Shown piece by piece: positions 1-11,582 of a stretch of 50,059 nucleotides of DNA. Source of the DNA: Desulfuromonadales bacterium GWC2_61_20 (GTDB lineage Bacteria; Desulfobacterota; Desulfuromonadia; Desulfuromonadales; UBA2197); NCBI GenBank assembly GCA_001799485.1, contig MGTO01000118.1:1-50059 (forward strand), read 5' to 3'. The position numbers and the translations under genes were made by a program. How positions within the stretch are numbered: position 1 is the stretch's first letter; each line of letters starts with the position of its first letter. Below the pieces are notes generated by a model that worked only from the letters and a program-made list of their open reading frames with translations, was not told the DNA's origin and ran no database searches.

Positions 1-54
1 CAGGGCCTTGAGCCGCGCCCGCTGCAACAGGCGAAAATGCTGTTCCTGCTCCAC
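1..54 (-). CDS. possible 5' end of an unidentified gene running off the left edge
   Basis: Minus-strand GTG at 54..52 has GGAGGA (64..59) 4 nt upstream. The frame reads (M)EQEQHFRLLQRARLKAL with G/C-rich third positions. Positions 55-300 are AT-rich and look like a divergent intergenic region. Only 18 codons are visible. Confidence 0.3.
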   Translation of the reverse strand, partial: MEQEQHFRLLQRARLKAL

Positions 55-319
55 ATCGTCCTCCGCTTCGAGAGTGCCATGCTCTGTTTTGGATTTAACA
101 GAACGCTATTTTATATAATCGGCCACAATTTACAAGGGTTGAAATGGAGATATGGGAAAGTACCACGGAAGTAATGGATAATTCAAAACAAGGTTTACTT
201 GACCAAGGCGGCCGATAAAACCCTTTACACCCCTGCCGCCCTGTTGTATTCTGCCAACCCTGCCGCGCCATTTCCCTTGTTCGTCGTGGCAGTTCCCTGG
301 TTTTTTCCGACGGCGGCCC

Positions 320-448
320 TTGCCGTCAGAAGTGACAGCCGGGTCCCGCGCAACGACCGGCCGCCAACTCCGTCAGGCCCGGAAGGGAGCAGCGGCAACG
401 GCTTGGGCGTGTGCCGCGGGGGCGCCTGGCTGTCACTTGTGGCGACAA
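320..448 (+). ncRNA. ffs: SRP RNA (small bacterial 4.5S type)
   Basis: Domain IV signature GUCAGGCCCGGAAGGGAGCAGC lies at 372-393. A long closing helix pairs 332-343 with 425-436 and extends imperfectly to about 322/446. By eye it aligns with E. coli 4.5S (CCCGCAACG...GUCAGGUCCGGAAGGAAGCAGC...GCGUGUGCCGGG). It sits in the canonical position just upstream of dnaX. The ends are approximate. Confidence 0.85.
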
Positions 449-505
449 TCGCTGTCCCTTGGTCCTGCCTGCTTCACCCCTGCACTGCGGAGAGCTAGAC
501 GCCCC

Positions 506-2191
506 ATGTCCTATCAGGTGCTGGCGCTTAAGTACCGTCCCCAGACGTTTGCCGACCTCGTCGGCCAGGAACACGTCGGCCGCACCCTCGGCAACGCCAT
601 CGCCAGCGGCCGCATCCACCACGCCTTCCTCTTCACCGGCGCCCGCGGCGTCGGCAAGACCTCGGCGGCGCGCATCTTCGCCAAAGCCCTCAACTGCGAA
701 GCCGGTCTGACCGCGACCCCCTGCAACGTCTGTCCCTCCTGCGTCGAGATCACCAAGGGGAACGGCATCGATGTCTTCGAGATCGACGGCGCCTCCAACA
801 CCGGGGTCGACGACATCCGCGAACTGCGCGACAATATCCGCTACCTCCCCTCCCGCTCCCGCTACAAGCTCTTCATCATCGACGAAGTGCACATGCTCTC
901 CATCAACGCCTTCAACGCCCTGTTGAAGACGCTGGAGGAGCCCCCGGCGCACGCCAAGTTCATCTTCGCCACCACCGAGCCGCACAAAATCCCGGTCACC
1001 ATCCTGTCGCGCTGCCAGCGCTTCGACTTCCGCAAGATTGCCGTGACCGTTGTCGTCACCCGCTTGCGTCAGATCGTCGACGCCGAAAAGATCGCCGTCT
1101 CCGATCGCGCCCTGACCCTCATCGCCCGCCGCGGCGAGGGGAGCATGCGCGACGCCCTCTCGACCCTCGATCAGGTTATTGCCTTCTGCGGTGCGGCGGT
1201 GGCCGACGAGGACGTCCTCGCCCTCCTCGGCATGGTTGACCGCCGCCTGCTCCTCGACACCGCCGAGGGGATCGTCGGTCGCGACAGTCGCCTGGCCCTC
1301 GAGGCCTTGCGCCGGGTCGACCATCTCGGCCACTCTTTCCGCCAGTTCTGCCTCGAACTGGTCGAGATCTTTCGCGCCCTGGTCCTGCTCAAGGTCGCCG
1401 CCGAACCGGGGGAACTCCTCGATGTCACCGGCGATGAACTGCGGGAACTGAAACAGCTGGCGGACCGGGCCGGCCTAGAAGAGCATCAACGCGCCCTGAC
1501 CCTGCTGATGAAGACCGAGGCCGAGCTGGCGACATCGTCCTTTCCCCGCCTTGCCCTGGAGATGACCCTGGTGCGCCTGACCCATCTGCCGCCGGCGCGG
1601 GATGTGGCGACCCTGGTGGCCAAGCTCGAGGAGCTGGAGCGGCGGCTGGCGTCCGGAGCTTCGTCCCCGGTGGTGTCGCCGCGCGCTCCCGTCGCCGTGC
1701 CGCGTCCGCCTGTCGCGACCGTGCCTGTGGAGGGCCCGCCGGGAAAAAAAGCTGAGGCCCCGGCTGCGCCCGCCGTGCCGCAACGGGGGTGGCCGGGGCT
1801 GGTCGAGCATGTGCGGGACCGTCGCCGTCCCGCCATTGCTGCGATTCTCGAACAGGCCAGTCTCCTCGCCTTCGCCTTGCCCCAACTCCAGCTCGGTCTG
1901 CCCCGCGGTTCCTTTGCCCTTGAACAGCTGCAGGATCGGGAATATCTCGAATCCCTGCATCAGCTGGCCGCCGAATATTTCGCTCAGCCGGTGCAGATTG
2001 TCGTCTCCGCCATCGATGCCTCCCGCGAGGCCGTGCCGCCGTCCCTTGTCGAAACCAAGCGGGCGCAAGAAAGCGATCGTGAGCGCCGTCTGCGCGAAGA
2101 GGCCTTGGATCATCCCCTGGTCAAGGCGGTGTGCGATATCTTCGGCGCCGAAATAAAAGAGATCAAGGCGATCGACAAGGGGGGCGTCTGA
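506..2191 (+). CDS. dnaX: DNA polymerase III subunit tau (gamma possibly made by frameshifting, see 1729-1800)
   Basis: MSYQVLALKYRPQTFADLVGQEHV..., Walker A GARGVGKTS, zinc module CxxCxxC (CNVCPSC), and SRC motif ILSRCQRF. The ATG at 506 gives the canonical N-terminus. The upstream part of ORF 320..2191 overlaps the SRP RNA. Confidence 0.95.
   Translation: MSYQVLALKYRPQTFADLVGQEHVGRTLGNAIASGRIHHAFLFTGARGVGKTSAARIFAKALNCEAGLTATPCNVCPSCVEITKGNGIDVFEIDGASNTGVDDIRELRDNIRYLPSRSRYKLFIIDEVHMLSINAFNALLKTLEEPPAHAKFIFATTEPHKIPVTILSRCQRFDFRKIAVTVVVTRLRQIVDAEKIAVSDRALTLIARRGEGSMRDALSTLDQVIAFCGAAVADEDVLALLGMVDRRLLLDTAEGIVGRDSRLALEALRRVDHLGHSFRQFCLELVEIFRALVLLKVAAEPGELLDVTGDELRELKQLADRAGLEEHQRALTLLMKTEAELATSSFPRLALEMTLVRLTHLPPARDVATLVAKLEELERRLASGASSPVVSPRAPVAVPRPPVATVPVEGPPGKKAEAPAAPAVPQRGWPGLVEHVRDRRRPAIAAILEQASLLAFALPQLQLGLPRGSFALEQLQDREYLESLHQLAAEYFAQPVQIVVSAIDASREAVPPSLVETKRAQESDRERRLREEALDHPLVKAVCDIFGAEIKEIKAIDKGGV
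1729..1800 (+). other. candidate programmed -1 ribosomal frameshift cassette in dnaX (SD-like element, slippery heptamer, stem-loop)
   Basis: GGAGGG at 1729-1734. The heptamer A AAA AAA at 1744-1750 is in the correct zero-frame phase (GGA AAA AAA). The -1 frame then reads AGC (1750-1752) and TGA (1753-1755). A GC-rich stem pairs 1756-1764 (GGCCCCGGC) with 1792-1800 (GCCGGGGCT). Confidence 0.55.
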
Positions 2192-2263
2192 GCAGGTTCC
2201 CCTTGTTTATATTGGGCCACATTTCGCTTCACAACAGCATTGCATTGCAGGAGGTAACGTTCG

Positions 2264-2578
2264 ATGTCCAAAGGTTTTGGCAACATGGTCAAGCAGGCGC
2301 AGCAGATGCAGCAGAAAATGGCCAAGATGCAGGAGGAGCTGGAAAAAGAGCAGGTCGAGGCGACGGCCGGCGGCGGGATGGTGACCGCCGTCGTCAACGG
2401 CAAACAGCGCCTCCTCTCCTTGCGCATCGACAGGGCTGCCGTCGATCCGGACGATGTCGAGATGTTGCAGGACCTGGTCATCGCCGCGGTCAACGAGGCG
2501 GTCAAGAAGAGCCAGGACGCTTTGCAGCGCGAAATGGGGAAGTTGACCGGCGGTTTGAATATCCCGGGCCTTTTTTGA
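2264..2578 (+). CDS. ybaB: YbaB/EbfC family nucleoid-associated protein
   Basis: 104 aa, MSKGFGNMVKQAQQMQQKMAKMQEEL...GGGMVTAVVNGKQ, typical of YbaB. AGGAGG lies upstream. The gene sits in the conserved dnaX-ybaB-recR order. Confidence 0.9.
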   Translation: MSKGFGNMVKQAQQMQQKMAKMQEELEKEQVEATAGGGMVTAVVNGKQRLLSLRIDRAAVDPDDVEMLQDLVIAAVNEAVKKSQDALQREMGKLTGGLNIPGLF

Positions 2579-2750
2579 TTTTATTAAAAATTAATATTTT
2601 TATTAACGATAAAAATATCTGGGCATAACGACCTTGCATTTGCTATGGTGAGGTCGCAAGGCACGGTGTGATTTTAGTCTCAAGTAATTTTTTTCATGAT
2701 CCTAAATTTTTAAAACAGCATTTTAAAATATTTGGTTTTTTGCCATTGCC

Positions 2751-3350
2751 ATGCTAGACTCCATCCCGTCTTTCGCGCGCCTGGTCGCAGAGTTGGCCAA
2801 GTTTCCCGGCATCGGACGCAAAACCGCGGCGCGAATGGCTTTCTACATTCTGCGCCAGCCGGCCTCCGAAGGCGAAGCCTTGGCGGCCGCCATTCGCGAA
2901 GTCAAGGCGCGCATCGGCTTTTGCTCCATCTGTTTTCACATGACCGAGAGCGATCCCTGTCCGTTCTGTACCGATCCGCAGCGTGACGACAGTCTGCTCT
3001 GTGTCGTCGAGCAGCCCCAGGATCTTCTTGCCATCGAGCGCAGTCGCTCCTTTCGCGGTCGTTATCATGTCCTGCACGGAGCCCTCTCGCCTCTCGACGG
3101 CATCGGCCCCGATCAGCTGAAGATCGGAGCCTTGATGCAGCGTCTGGCCGAGGGGCGGATCAGGGAAGTGCTGGTTGCCACCAATTTTTCGGTCGAAGGG
3201 GAGGCGACGGCCCTTTATCTGGCGCGTCAGGCCCGCCCCTTGGGGATCAAGGTCACCCGGCTCGCCTATGGCATTCCTCTGGGGAGCGACCTCGAATTTG
3301 TCGATGAAGCGACGGTCAACCGGGCCGTTGAAGGGCGCCGCGAGGTGTAG
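2751..3350 (+). CDS. recR: recombination protein RecR
   Basis: 199 aa with an HhH motif (FPGIGRKTAARMAF), a C4 zinc finger (CSICFHMTESDPCPFC) and a Toprim region (CVVEQPQDLLAIE). Confidence 0.95.
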   Translation: MLDSIPSFARLVAELAKFPGIGRKTAARMAFYILRQPASEGEALAAAIREVKARIGFCSICFHMTESDPCPFCTDPQRDDSLLCVVEQPQDLLAIERSRSFRGRYHVLHGALSPLDGIGPDQLKIGALMQRLAEGRIREVLVATNFSVEGEATALYLARQARPLGIKVTRLAYGIPLGSDLEFVDEATVNRAVEGRREV

Positions 3351-3364
3351 CCCTTCGCCGTCCC

Positions 3365-3392
3365 TTGTGGCGCGGTCGTGATTGTCTATACT
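3365..3392 (+). promoter_or_regulatory. candidate sigma-70 promoter for the PFOR gene
   Basis: TTGTGG (3365-3370), a 16-nt spacer, then TATACT (3387-3392), about 80 nt upstream of the ATG at 3470. Based on motif match only. Confidence 0.3.
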
Positions 3393-3469
3393 GAATGGCC
3401 TCATCAGATGCCGCCAACATTTTCCCCTGCGGGAAAGAGTTCCTACACAAGTCAAAGGAGGAGTTTTTC

Positions 3470-7042
<3,573 letters not shown>

Positions 7043-7067
7043 TTGTCAGACCGTAACGCCGACCCGC

Positions 7068-7111
7068 GACGAGCTCCCGGTGGCCTGCCACCGGGAGCTC
7101 GTCTTCTTTTG
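7068..7111 (+). terminator. Rho-independent terminator after PFOR
   Basis: A perfect 16-bp stem pairs 7068-7083 with 7088-7103, with loop CCTG, followed by TTCTTTT. Confidence 0.85.
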
Positions 7112-7131
7112 CGGTTGCCGGGCGAAATCCC

Positions 7132-7160
7132 TTGAATCGATTTTTTCAAGATGTTATAAC
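7132..7160 (+). promoter_or_regulatory. candidate sigma-70 promoter for mglB-mglA
   Basis: TTGAAT (7132-7137), a 17-nt spacer, then TATAAC (7155-7160), about 37 nt upstream of the mglB ATG. Confidence 0.4.
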
Positions 7161-7196
7161 TGCGCGGTCACGCAACTCTCTGAAGGAGCCCCCTCG

Positions 7197-7694
7197 ATGC
7201 TTGGTCCTCAGTCGAACTTTGTCATGTATGACGAGGAATTTAAACGAATCAACACCGTCATCGAGAAGTTGCTGCGCGAAGCCAATTCCAAGGTTATCTT
7301 CCTGGTCGACAAGAACGGGCAGCTGATCACGGCAGTCGGTGAAACCGAGCATCTCGATACGACCAGTCTCGCCTCCCTCACGGCCGGCAATATCGCCGCC
7401 ACCGGCGGTCTGGCCAAACTCATCGGCGAAAAAGAGTTCTCGATCCTCTTCCATGAAGGGGAAAAGGACAACCTGCATATCTCCATCGTCGCCAGCCGGG
7501 TCATCCTGGTGGTCATCTTCGACTCGCGTTCTTCCCTCGGGCTGGTGCGGCTGCGGGTCAAGAAGGCAAGCGACGAATTGACGGTGATCTTCCAGGATTT
7601 GGCCAAGAAGGCCGAGGAGATGGAAAAGGGGGGGAACGCGCAGAGCCCCTTCGCCGAGATTACCGACGACGATATCGACAATCTTTTCAGCTGA
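7197..7694 (+). CDS. mglB: roadblock/LC7 domain protein, MglB-like
   Basis: The ATG at 7197 has GAAGGAG 8 nt upstream. Roadblock-like sequence is present (INTVIEKLLREANSKVIFLVDKNGQLI...). It lies immediately upstream of mglA, as in characterised MglAB modules. Confidence 0.8.
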   Translation: MLGPQSNFVMYDEEFKRINTVIEKLLREANSKVIFLVDKNGQLITAVGETEHLDTTSLASLTAGNIAATGGLAKLIGEKEFSILFHEGEKDNLHISIVASRVILVVIFDSRSSLGLVRLRVKKASDELTVIFQDLAKKAEEMEKGGNAQSPFAEITDDDIDNLFS

Positions 7695-7710
7695 CAAAAG
7701 GTAAGCGGGC

Positions 7711-8301
7711 ATGTCCTTTATTAATTACGCCTCGCGCGAAATCAACTGCAAGATTGTCTATTACGGTCCCGGGCTGTGCGGCAAGACCACCAATCTGCAG
7801 TACGTCTACCAGAAGACCGATCCCGACGCCAAAGGGAAGATGATCTCCCTGGCGACGGAAACGGAGCGGACCCTCTTCTTCGACTTCCTTCCCCTCGCCC
7901 TTGGCGAAATCCGCGGTTTCAAGACCCGTTTTCACCTCTATACCGTGCCCGGGCAGGTTTTCTACGATGCCTCGCGCAAGCTCATCCTCAAGGGGGTCGA
8001 CGGTGTCGTCTTCGTTGCCGATTCCCAGGAAGAGCGTCTTGACGCCAATATCGAAAGTCTGGAAAACCTCAAGATCAACCTCGAAGAACAGGGCTACGAT
8101 CTCGAGAAAATTCCCTTCGTGGTCCAGTACAACAAGTGCGACCTGCCGAACATCACGCCGATCGAAGAGCTGCGCAAACTCCTCAATCCCGGCAACGTCC
8201 CTGATTATGAGGCCTGTGCCACCACCGGCGAGGGGGTTTTCGAAACCCTCAAGGCCGTGGCCAAGCTGATCCTCATCGATTTGAAAAAAGGCGGCGCCTG
8301 A
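7711..8301 (+). CDS. mglA: Ras-like small GTPase MglA
   Basis: 196 aa, [31 protein letters not shown]..., with P-loop GPGLCGKT, switch region TVPGQ and NKCD specificity motif. Highly characteristic of MglA. Confidence 0.9.
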   Translation: MSFINYASREINCKIVYYGPGLCGKTTNLQYVYQKTDPDAKGKMISLATETERTLFFDFLPLALGEIRGFKTRFHLYTVPGQVFYDASRKLILKGVDGVVFVADSQEERLDANIESLENLKINLEEQGYDLEKIPFVVQYNKCDLPNITPIEELRKLLNPGNVPDYEACATTGEGVFETLKAVAKLILIDLKKGGA

Positions 8302-8325
8302 CGATAGCCGTTGCGCGTCCCCGAA

Positions 8326-8368
8326 CAAAAAAAGCCCCGCCGGCCACTGAGCCGCGGGGCTTTTTTGT
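8326..8368. terminator. bidirectional Rho-independent terminator between convergent mglA and the selenoprotein gene
   Basis: Stem GCCCCGC (8334-8340) pairs with GCGGGGC (8354-8360). It is flanked by an A-run (8327-8333) and a T-run (8361-8366). Confidence 0.8.
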
Positions 8369-8371
8369 TCC

Positions 8372-8626
8372 TCATGTCAAACCCAGTTCGTCCTTCATCG
8401 CGAGGACGAAATTTTTCGCTCTTCCCGCCGGGGCGATGATGCCGTAAGCCATGGCCTCGCGCAGTTCCTCGTCGCTGGCTCCTGCCTGCTTCGCGACCGC
8501 GAAGTGTTTTTTCAGTCAGTCGGGGCAACCGACGGCGACGGCGCAACCGACGCGGATGAGTTCGCGAATCTTGGGGTCGAGGACTTCCTCATACTCGAAG
8601 TTGAACACTTTCATGCGGGTCTTCAT
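8372..8626 (-). CDS. AhpD-like / carboxymuconolactone decarboxylase family protein with in-frame UGA (predicted selenocysteine, CxxU motif)
   Basis: My own translation from ATG 8626 (AAGGAGAT SD at 8640..8633) is MKTRMKVFNFEYEEVLDPKIRELIRVGCAVAVGCPD-[TGA 8518..8516]-LKKHFAVAKQAGASDEELREAMAYGIIAPAGRAKNFVLAMKDELGLT, ending at stop 8374..8372. The UGA replaces the second Cys of the AhpD-type CxxC motif. The frame stays open and codon-biased after it. A SECIS-like hairpin follows. The gene is absent from the ORF track because of the UGA. Confidence 0.7.
8489..8504 (-). other. candidate bacterial SECIS hairpin
   Basis: The minus-strand RNA CUUCGC-GGUC-GCGAAG forms a 6-bp stem with a GGUC loop. 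It starts 11 nt after the UGA, the spacing required for the E. coli fdhF minimal SECIS. The loop contains the G-U dinucleotide. Confidence 0.5.
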
Positions 8627-8858
8627 CTGGGGATCTCCTTGGGAGTGGGCGCAAGACTGCCAGCAGGTAATTGGACGCCATGGTCAACCGCGACAGCCGC
8701 GGGCGCGGCGGGAAAGAGCGCCTGGAGCATGTCGAGGTCGTCGGGAGAAAAGAATTTTCATCATGCCGACATTATGATTGCCGGGAGGGAAGACCTGCCG
8801 TTCAGGCAGGATATTCAACAGCGGCGGAGGCGCAGCCACTTGCGTGCGGTCGCCAGTT

Positions 8859-11582
8859 TCAGGCGATTTTGACCGTTTTGTAAAGAAAGTTCTTGAACCG
8901 GAAGAAGGTTTTGCGTTCCTCGGCGTCGCTGCTTTTGGGATCGCAAGCTCGCAGGAGGATGGCTGCTTTCGGCATGGAGGCGGCACCAGCGTTGCGGGCC
9001 AGTTCCATGACCCCGGCGACGGCATCCCGGGAGATGCGATTCTCCGAAAAAGGGAGGTAGACGCCGCTCCAGAAGTCACTGTGCCCGGCTTGAATCGCCT
9101 CGAAGAGCTCGCGCGCCACCTCGCCGGTGAGTTTTTCCACCGCCCCTTCCCCGGGGGGTGGAGCCAGCCCGGCAAGAACCTTGCGGATATCGTCCTCGGT
9201 GATGACCCGACCGCTGCGAAAGAAGAGGGCGCGCAACAGGATGCTGCGCAGTTCGCGGATATTACCGGTGTAGTGATGGCGGCTGAGGAGGGCCTGGGCG
9301 CCGCGGGTGATGGTGGGGACGTCCTCGTCGCGTTCCTCGGGTTTTTTGTAAACGCGGAATAGTTTGCCGAGAAAATGAACGGAAAGGTCGGAAATATCCT
9401 CGCGCCGCTGGTTGAGGGAGGGGATCTCGTAGGTCAGTTCCGAGAGGCGGTGATAGAGATCCTCGCGGAAGCTCCCCTCGCGAATGCGCTGGCGCAGGTC
9501 GCGGTTGGTGGCGGCGACCAGCAGAACCCGGGAATAGCGCGTGGTGTTTTCGCCGAGACGAACGAAGCCGCCATTGTCGAGGAAACGCAGGAGCTGCACT
9601 TGGGTTTTGGGATCGGCGTCGCCGATTTCGTCGAGGAAGACGATCCCGGCATGGGCTTCTTCGAGGATGCCCTTGCGGTCGGTGTGGGCGCCGGTGAAGG
9701 CGCCGCGCTTGTGGCCGAAGAGTTCGGAATAGGTCAGTTCGCTGCTGTAGGCGGCGATGTTGGTCTTCTTGATCGGCAGTTCGCCCTGCGGGTTGATCCG
9801 TTCGCGAAACATGTCGTTGAGGCGGGCAAAGAGATTGTTGAAGAAAAACTCCTTGCCGCTGCCGGTTTCCCCGGTGATGAGGAGGGAAGGCAGGCCGAGA
9901 GTCGCTTCCTGCAGATTTTTCTGTTGCCAGGTGGCGATGCGGTTGAAGAGGGGCGGGGTAATACACTGAATGTATTCGACCAGGGCGATGGCGTTGGCCG
10001 AATTGCCGATGATGTTGCCGAGTTTGTAGGACGAGACTTTGGGGTCCTTGTAGCCGACATCGTTGCTGAGGCGGTTGACTTCGCCGGTGAGACGCTCGAT
10101 GCGTTGCAGGTCGGAGAGCTGGCGCGAGATCATGCGCTCGATGATCATGAGGATGCGCTTGTGCTCGTCGGTGAAGTGCCAGGGGCGCAAGGAATCGAGA
10201 CAGATGACGGCGAGGACTTCGTCGTCGCAGATGACCGGAATCGCCATCTCGCTCTTGATCGCTTCCGTCATCTCCCGATAGTAGCTGCCGCCGGAGCGCT
10301 TTTCCTCGGCGGTGTCATTGATTGTCCACGGTTTGCCGGTGTAGGCGACGAGCCCGGTGAGACTGCGTTCCTCGGGGGGGAGGTTGTCGCCGCCGACGCG
10401 GATCGGCGGGATGTTTTTCTTCAGCCATTCCTTGCTTTTGGCGCCGACCAGCTGGCCGTCGACCTCCTCCACCACCAGCCAGCGTTCGCTGTCGCTCTCC
10501 CGCACCAGGGCGATGCTGCCGGTGTCGGCGCCGATGAGTTCCGTCGCCTTGGACAGGACCCGGTTGAGAAAGGGCTGGGTCCCCTCGAACTTTTCCTGCA
10601 GCAGGTCGTTGATCTCGGCCAGGACCTGGATCTCCATGTGCTCTTCGCCGATTTCCTGGATCGCCCGCTGGGCCATCTCGGCGTGGGCTTCGAGGAGGCC
10701 GCGCTCGAAAGAGCTGAAGGTGTAGCTGTCGCGGGTGAAGTAATTGACCAGGCAGATGACGCGGCGGGTGCGCGGCTCATAGCGCGGGACGACGTAGAGG
10801 GAGCGGAGGCCGAGTTCCTCGGTGAGGTAGCGCTTCTGCAGGCTCTCGCCGGCGAGGTCGGGGAAATAGAGAGGGGAGAGGAGGGTATCGTCGGTAATGA
10901 TGCCGGCGTTGTTGATATAGCGGGAGAGGAGGGATGTCCCCGGCCCGAGGTTGATGACGCGCTCGTCTTCATAGAGGAGGCTCGCCTCCCGCTCCTTGGA
11001 GTAGGAAGCGAGAATCTGCAAGCCTTCTTCCCCGGTGCCGGGGCCCAACGGCGAAGGGACGAGGACCGAGGCGAGGGAGAGTTTGTCGATGAGGCGCACC
11101 GCCGATTTGACCATGGTGAAGGCGGCTTCCTTCTTCTTCGCTTCATCGACCCGGCGCGCCAGGACGATCTGCTGATGGTATTTGCGGGCCTGGTCGATGA
11201 TCGCCGCCGTTTCGTCGAGAAAGCGGCGCAGCTGCTGGCGCTGCTCAGCGGCGGGGAGTTGCCCGCGGCGGCCGCTGTCGACGCAGACGACGCCAACGGC
11301 CCGACTTTGATGGAGCAGAGGAAAGTGGGCGGTGGCACGAATGGAAAAACGTTCAGCGAGTTCGCGGGCAAAGGGGCTGGGGTAGGCGGCGACATCCTCG
11401 ACGAAAGTCGCTTCCTGGGTGATGTAAACCCGGGAGACGAGATAATCCATGGCATTGATGGGAAAAGCCTGCTCGCGGATCGCGGCCGCCTGCAGGCCGG
11501 AAGCGGCGGCGCAGGTGAGTACGCCGCCGGTCAGGTCCTCGAGATAGATGCGGCAGCGGTTCTGCCGGGCAATGAGGGTCAC
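8859..11582 (-). CDS. sigma-54-dependent transcriptional activator (bEBP) with N-terminal GAF domains
   Basis: AAA+ core with Walker A GETGSGKE, the GAFTGA loop (HKRGAFTGAHTD) and Walker B VFLDEIGD. The long N-terminal region is GAF-like. The track start at 11582 is a GTG without an SD. The frame stays open and coding-like up to 11696, so the true start may lie upstream (see finding). Confidence 0.9.
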   Translation of the reverse strand: MTLIARQNRCRIYLEDLTGGVLTCAAASGLQAAAIREQAFPINAMDYLVSRVYITQEATFVEDVAAYPSPFARELAERFSIRATAHFPLLHQSRAVGVVCVDSGRRGQLPAAEQRQQLRRFLDETAAIIDQARKYHQQIVLARRVDEAKKKEAAFTMVKSAVRLIDKLSLASVLVPSPLGPGTGEEGLQILASYSKEREASLLYEDERVINLGPGTSLLSRYINNAGIITDDTLLSPLYFPDLAGESLQKRYLTEELGLRSLYVVPRYEPRTRRVICLVNYFTRDSYTFSSFERGLLEAHAEMAQRAIQEIGEEHMEIQVLAEINDLLQEKFEGTQPFLNRVLSKATELIGADTGSIALVRESDSERWLVVEEVDGQLVGAKSKEWLKKNIPPIRVGGDNLPPEERSLTGLVAYTGKPWTINDTAEEKRSGGSYYREMTEAIKSEMAIPVICDDEVLAVICLDSLRPWHFTDEHKRILMIIERMISRQLSDLQRIERLTGEVNRLSNDVGYKDPKVSSYKLGNIIGNSANAIALVEYIQCITPPLFNRIATWQQKNLQEATLGLPSLLITGETGSGKEFFFNNLFARLNDMFRERINPQGELPIKKTNIAAYSSELTYSELFGHKRGAFTGAHTDRKGILEEAHAGIVFLDEIGDADPKTQVQLLRFLDNGGFVRLGENTTRYSRVLLVAATNRDLRQRIREGSFREDLYHRLSELTYEIPSLNQRREDISDLSVHFLGKLFRVYKKPEERDEDVPTITRGAQALLSRHHYTGNIRELRSILLRALFFRSGRVITEDDIRKVLAGLAPPPGEGAVEKLTGEVARELFEAIQAGHSDFWSGVYLPFSENRISRDAVAGVMELARNAGAASMPKAAILLRACDPKSSDAEERKTFFRFKNFLYKTVKIA

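Noticed and set aside
320-505. N-terminal extension of dnaX from the ATG at 320
   Set aside because: The extension overlaps the SRP RNA. The canonical DnaX N-terminus (MSYQVLALKYRPQTF) begins at 506.
8627-8858. Search for a sigma-54 promoter or small ORF between the bEBP gene and the selenoprotein gene
   Set aside because: The TGGCAG...TTGCG and TGGCGT... candidates all have the wrong GG-GC spacing. The only small ORFs are Arg-rich and lack an SD.
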